A DNA stretch of 12,847 nt from Calditrichia bacterium (GTDB lineage Bacteria; Calditrichota; Calditrichia; JAJRVZ01), in NCBI GenBank assembly GCA_963796965.1, contig CAWCNS010000014.1, positions 1 to 12,847 on the forward strand, in the 5' to 3' direction. Every line of letters starts with the position of its first letter. Position 1 is the first letter of the stretch. Below are positions 8,354-12,847 of the stretch, piece by piece. Position numbers and translations under genes: made by a program. The notes beneath the pieces are model-generated. The model saw only the letters and a program-made list of their open reading frames with translations. It was not told the DNA's origin and ran no database searches.

Positions 8354-9855
8354 TTAATCCAACCGGCGCATATGCTCAATGAGCACAGAATCATCACATT
8401 GTTCTGTGTGATATTCATAAATTAATTGCCCTTGATGCATCAGATAAACACGATTACAGGTCTGCATCAGTTCAGGGATATCATCGGATATCACAATAAT
8501 CCCCATACCGTCTTTCGCCAAATCACGGATTTTCTGGTGAATATCCATTTTAGCACCAATATCCACACCGACGGTTGGTCCGTTGAGTATCAGGATCCTG
8601 GCCTGAGCTGCAAGCCATTTTGCCAGCACTGTTTTTTGTTGATTCCCTCCGGACAACCATTGTACGGCCATTCGAGGAGAGGGTGCATCAATATTAAGCG
8701 TATCGATCCAGGTTTTGGATATATGATTTGCTTCCTGCTTATTGACGAGTTTTAACTTGCTTAATAATTTGCTCACTACTGTTACTACAATATTTTTTTC
8801 TATGGATTGTGCCAGAAATAATCCTTCTGTAAGACGATCCTCGGGAAGATAGGCAATGCCATGGCACATTGCATCCTGTACAGACTTTATCTCGATTTGT
8901 TTGTTCTTCAAAAAAATCTGACCGGAATCAAAAGAATCAACACCGAATAATGAGCGGGCTAATTCGGTTCGCCCGGAACCAAGCAATCCGGTAAAACCAA
9001 TTACTTCTCCGGCCTGTAGATCAAAATTAATATTATGATAAGTACCACTTTTAGACAGTTTAACCACTTGCAAAAGTCTTTCCGTTTCGGAATCCGCTGC
9101 ATGGAATGTATGATGCATTTCTGTCAATTTTCTACCGGTCATATAATAGGCCAGGTCTTGTTGCGTAAAATCTCCTGCTTCCCCTTCAGCGACCACCTTT
9201 CCATTTCTTAAAACGGTAATTCGCTCACTGATCTCCATGATCTCATTCAATTTATGACTCACAAACAAAACCGAGATATTTTCCTGCTGCAATTTTTTGA
9301 TCACCTCAAATAGTCTGTTAATTTCTTTTTGGGTCAGCGCTGTGGTCGGTTCATCCATCACAATCAGGCGGGCCTCATGCAGCAGGGCGCGGGAAATAGC
9401 CACCAGCTGTTTTTCAGCAACAGAATGGTTTGCTACCAGGTCGTTTAAATCCAGGGAGATATCAATTTGGGTTAAGGCCTGAAACGCGATGCGTTTTACA
9501 TCTTTCCAGTTAACGATACGGTGCTGCTGTTCCAATAAGGTGTTAATGGCCAGATTCTCCGCCACGGTCAGGTTTGGAAAAAGGGAGAAATCCTGATAGA
9601 TAATTTGAATACCTTCGCGTATGGCATCAATGGGCTGGAGGTTTTTATATGATTTACCATTAATGAATATGTTTCCACCATCCGGTTTGTACTCCCGGCA
9701 ATCAACTTAATAAAAGTTGATTTCCCGCTTCCGTTTTCACCGGCCAGGCAATGTACTTCCCCCCGATTGATGCTGATGGAAACACTCTCTAACGCCTGGA
9801 CACCGGAGAAATTTTTAGAAAGATTTTCGGTGACAATAAATTCATTCATGCCCAT
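8354..9855 (-). CDS. Sugar ABC transporter ATP-binding protein (RbsA/LsrA-like, two NBDs); one frameshift near 9693
   Basis: Walker [10 protein letters not shown] is in ORF 9568-9855. After ...LIAG the other frame continues YKPDGG...[21 protein letters not shown], then [16 protein letters not shown] and ISDD. One base is missing at ~9693. Confidence 0.92.
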
Positions 9856-9946
9856 ATCAGCTACTCATTATAAATTACGCCTTTGCACCCGTTCATCGTC
9901 GCACTTCCCACTTCCAATTATTTGTTTAATCATTAATCTTAATTTC

Positions 9947-10022
9947 CATTTGCCTTTGGCCTTTACTTTTTTTTTCGAGTATCCAGCATCACGTAACCAA
10001 TTCCCATTTCCTAATCCACATT
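9947..10022. repeat. Degenerate short tandem repeats in the SBP-ATPase spacer
   Basis: CATTTGCCTTTGGCCTTTACTTTT, and TTCCCAT-TTCCTAA-TCCACAT (reverse complement of the ATTAGGA/ATTGGGA family). Confidence 0.45.
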
Positions 10023-10040
10023 CCTTTTCTGTACGTCGAG

Positions 10041-11057
10041 CTAAAAATCATAATTGCTCATATTTTCTTTGGTCACATCTACCCAGGCAGAACCATAGAA
10101 TAAATTGGATTTATTTGGATCTTGTTTAAGTTTGTGATATCCGCTGACTCCAAGATCCATTCCGTTGGATAGCTTTTTCTTTTCAAGAAGCATCAAAGCA
10201 ATTTTATTCATAACATAGCCGGCGTCTGCAGGATCCCAAAAACTGATTAACTTAACGCTGTTACTTTCCATATATTGCCGGCACATGGATACCAAGCCAC
10301 ATCCGACAACCGCTATTTTATCCTGAAGCCCTTTTTCTTCGACCGCTAAGCCGGCCCCGGCAGCCGTAGTAGAGGCGCTTCCCTGTATGCCTTTTAAATT
10401 GGGATACGCTTTGATTAACTCTTTAACTTTTTCGTAGGCAAGATTTTGGTTGTCATATTCTTCGATCCGCTCTGTCACTAACTTCATTTGCGGATATTTC
10501 TCTCTTTGACGGTTAATAGCACCGTCAACCCATTCATTGTGAGATTTCGAAGTGAGACTCCCGACAAAAACAGCGAATTCACCTTCTTTATTCATAAAAT
10601 GAGCCAGATGATCCATGAGATGGGCACCAAAGGTATGATTATCAAAGGCTTCGATGATTGCATCGGCATTAATTTGATTGGACGCCTCATGACAGACTAC
10701 AATAATCCCCATCTGTCGTGCCTTTTTTAGGACCGGTTCCAATGCTTCAACAGCAAAAGGCACCACGCAGATGGCATCCACACCCTGGGCGATCAGATCT
10801 TCTATGATTTGTACCTGAAGGGCGGCATCGGCTTTGGGTGGGCCTTGTAAAAAACATTCCTGACCGGTATCTTCACTGAATTTCTTTACTCCATCGCGCA
10901 TCCGGTCAAACCAGGCAATTCCATCAACTTTAACCACTGTGGCAATGGTATATTTACTATCCTTTGAAACCTTTTCATTTTGCGTATCACACCCGCTGTG
11001 GAATACTAATGAGAGGATTACTGGCAGCGAAAGAGTTAAAGATTTTAAATTCATCAT
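10041..11057 (-). CDS. Sugar/AI-2-type ABC transporter substrate-binding lipoprotein (Peripla_BP_4; LsrB/RhaS-like)
   Basis: Lipobox-like signal ...LSLVFHSGC; IATVVKVDGIAWFDRMRDGV, ADAALQVQIIEDLIAQGVDAICVVP and FWDPADAG motifs; first gene of the operon. Confidence 0.9.
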   Translation of the reverse strand: MMNLKSLTLSLPVILSLVFHSGCDTQNEKVSKDSKYTIATVVKVDGIAWFDRMRDGVKKFSEDTGQECFLQGPPKADAALQVQIIEDLIAQGVDAICVVPFAVEALEPVLKKARQMGIIVVCHEASNQINADAIIEAFDNHTFGAHLMDHLAHFMNKEGEFAVFVGSLTSKSHNEWVDGAINRQREKYPQMKLVTERIEEYDNQNLAYEKVKELIKAYPNLKGIQGSASTTAAGAGLAVEEKGLQDKIAVVGCGLVSMCRQYMESNSVKLISFWDPADAGYVMNKIALMLLEKKKLSNGMDLGVSGYHKLKQDPNKSNLFYGSAWVDVTKENMSNYDF

Positions 11058-11391
11058 TTTCTCCGTTCAGATTGCGCTTATGTTTAAAAGAGGAAAATTA
11101 CAAATTCCTCACAAACTAAAAATAACCTTATGATCCCAGTCAGGATGGTCTCTGTACATATCAAATTTCCCTATAATTTTTACTGCCACATGTCGTCTGT
11201 TCTGTGGAGGAAAATTTTGATTATAAATTATTTTTTTTATCCTTGGGTAGTTGATTTAAAGTTATTCAGAATAGTTATTTGATTCAACCTTCTGACGGAT
11301 CATATCGGTATATTTCCTTAATAGTAGTTTAATCTTTGATGGAATCTGAGATTTGAATAAGCGATTGAAATTCGCAATTTGCTAAATCTGG

Positions 11392-11451
11392 CTAAATCAT
11401 GGAAGATTTAGTCCCGATGTGTGGGCTGGAGGACGACATCATTAATCGGGA
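11392..11451 (+). ncRNA. Candidate structured RNA/dispersed repeat, copy B (two hairpins with GGA loops)
   Basis: Perfect CTAAATC-ATGGAA-GATTTAG hairpin, then a TCCCGAT...ATCGGGA stem enclosing CTGGAGGA; 23/25 identical to copy A over 11393-11417 vs 5944-5968. Confidence 0.4.
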
Positions 11452-11460
11452 GGATTGAAC

Positions 11461-11516
11461 TTTGATTTGACATTTTGATGTGGACATTAAGAATTGACCA
11501 TTGACTATTGAATATT
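11461..11516. repeat. Degenerate 7-bp tandem repeat x8
   Basis: TTTGATT-TGACATT-TTGATGT-GGACATT-AAGAATT-GACCATT-GACTATT-GAATATT. Confidence 0.6.
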
Positions 11517-11520
11517 CTAA

Positions 11521-11548
11521 TTGTATTTACCCTATTTTTTCTTATATT
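11521..11548 (+). promoter_or_regulatory. Putative sigma70 promoter of the phosphatase gene
   Basis: TTGTAT(11521-11526)-16 nt-TATATT(11543-11548), ~60 nt upstream of ATG 11610. Confidence 0.35.
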
Positions 11549-11609
11549 TATCACTATCTACTCCTTCCAGTCTGATAACACTAACATTCATCCAAACAAT
11601 TGACTTGTC

Positions 11610-12847
11610 ATGCCGTCTGAAAGAAATCTTGAAAAAGAAATTCAGCGGTTAAAATCTGCCGTTGATGAACTTACACTCCTTAATGAGCTTGCTTTGGCTG
11701 CGAGTACATCCCTGGAGGTTAACCAGGTCCTGGACACCATTGTAAAAAAATCGGTCAAATCTGTCAAAGCCGAACAAGGGGCCATCATGCTTGTAACCAG
11801 CCTGGACGAGAATCCCCTGAAAACACTTATCAGAAAAGATAATAGTTCAGATGATTTCAATATCCAGCGTGTAAGTTCCTATATCACTGGCTGGGTTCTG
11901 AAAAACAAACAATCGCTTATCATTGAAAATTTAAAAGAAGATTCCCGCTTTAAACTAACCGAAAAAGAGAGAAGTGATATACATAGTGTCCTCTGCGTAC
12001 CAATTCTCTCCAAAGGTACGATCATCGGTGTCTTAACGATGACCAATAAAAAGGGGGGGGAAGTCTTTTCACAAAACGATCTCCGTCTGCTTTCCATCAT
12101 CGCGGCCCAATCGGGCCAATTAATTGTTAATTCTGAGTTGCAATTACAGGCCATCGAGAAAAAACGACTTGAACATCAATTGGATTTAGCCAGAGATATA
12201 CAGAATAAACTGTTACCGGAACATCATCCGGTCAGTGATTTCTGTGAAATTGCCAGTTATTTTCAACCTGCTGATGCTGTCGGTGGAGATTATTATGATT
12301 TTTTTCAACCCGAGGAGGGGCAATTGGGATTGGCCCTTGCCGATGTCTCCGGTCATGGCCCGCCTGCCGCCCTTGTGATGACCCTTCTGAAGGGTGTCCT
12401 CTATACCAGTATGCATGATATTAAATCTCCGGAAGCGATTTTTAACCAGGTGAATAATATTCTTTCCACCTTAATCCCTCCGGATATGTTTATTACCATG
12501 CAGATCATCGTGATTGATTCACTAAAAAAATATTTCCAAATCGCAAATGCCGGTCACAATCCAGTCCTTCATTATTCCGGTAAGGATAATAAATGTCACC
12601 GTGTCGAATGGCCGGGTTGTGCCCTCAATGTGCTACCTGGATTTGAATATAAATGTAAAACGATACCTTTGGATAGTGGAGATGTCATTGTCATTTATAC
12701 GGATGGGATTACGGAAGCTTTTAATGCACATTCAGAAATGTATGGTTTGTCAAGATTGTCTGATGCCGTAAGCAATAGCGATCATCAGTCTGCAAGATCA
12801 ATTATTGACCATATAAAAAGCGATTTGTTCTCATTTGTATCCGGTAC
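11610..12847 (+). CDS. GAF-domain SpoIIE/PP2C family protein phosphatase (RsbU-like), 3'-partial
   Basis: Open frame from ATG 11610 to the window end (no stop, hence not in the ORF track): MPSERNLEKEIQRLKSAVDEL..., GAF motifs SVLCVPILSKGTIIGVL and FSQNDLRLLSIIAAQ, linker LDLARDIQNKLLP, PP2C motifs VGGDYYDF, ADVSGHG, NAGHNP and YTDGITEA. Confidence 0.95.
   Translation, partial: MPSERNLEKEIQRLKSAVDELTLLNELALAASTSLEVNQVLDTIVKKSVKSVKAEQGAIMLVTSLDENPLKTLIRKDNSSDDFNIQRVSSYITGWVLKNKQSLIIENLKEDSRFKLTEKERSDIHSVLCVPILSKGTIIGVLTMTNKKGGEVFSQNDLRLLSIIAAQSGQLIVNSELQLQAIEKKRLEHQLDLARDIQNKLLPEHHPVSDFCEIASYFQPADAVGGDYYDFFQPEEGQLGLALADVSGHGPPAALVMTLLKGVLYTSMHDIKSPEAIFNQVNNILSTLIPPDMFITMQIIVIDSLKKYFQIANAGHNPVLHYSGKDNKCHRVEWPGCALNVLPGFEYKCKTIPLDSGDVIVIYTDGITEAFNAHSEMYGLSRLSDAVSNSDHQSARSIIDHIKSDLFSFVSG

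Noticed and set aside
6319..11133. Plus-strand ORFs overlapping the ABC operon
   Set aside because: Antisense shadows of well-supported transporter genes.
3..11516. CRISPR array interpretation of the repeats
   Set aside because: No 25-45-bp repeats with regular unique spacers, and no cas genes.
11642..12771. ORFs 11642-11860, 11879-12154, 12213-12416 (-) and 12547-12771 (+)
   Set aside because: All overlap the long GAF-SpoIIE phosphatase frame starting at 11610.
291..12847. Kinase and PP2C phosphatase as a cognate signalling pair
   Set aside because: They are separated by 7.4 kb of unrelated genes. RsbU-type phosphatases usually act on STAS anti-anti-sigma factors, not Hanks-kinase targets.

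Overview
Bacterial chromosomal window. The kinase style and the repeat-rich intergenic DNA resemble FCB-group lineages such as Calditrichota/KSB1, which is an inference. Left to right: (1) a ~1290-aa membrane-anchored Hanks-type Ser/Thr kinase with a TolB-like/TPR sensor region, split by three +1 frameshifts (291-4169); (2) a VapBC-type toxin-antitoxin pair; (3) a decayed C-terminal fragment of an AAA-ATPase/DUF4143 gene; (4) a repeat-rich spacer between convergent genes; (5) a four-gene minus-strand CUT2 sugar/AI-2-type ABC importer (binding lipoprotein, frameshifted ATPase, two permeases); (6) a GAF + SpoIIE/PP2C (RsbU-like) phosphatase that runs off the right end and is missing from the ORF track. 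The most unusual signals are three. A ~60-nt two-hairpin motif with compensatory changes and GGA loops occurs twice (5943-6000, 11392-11451), bracketing the ABC operon. A REP-doublet-like palindrome is inserted in frame in the kinase catalytic domain. The ~250-aa C-terminal module of the kinase is tandemly duplicated.
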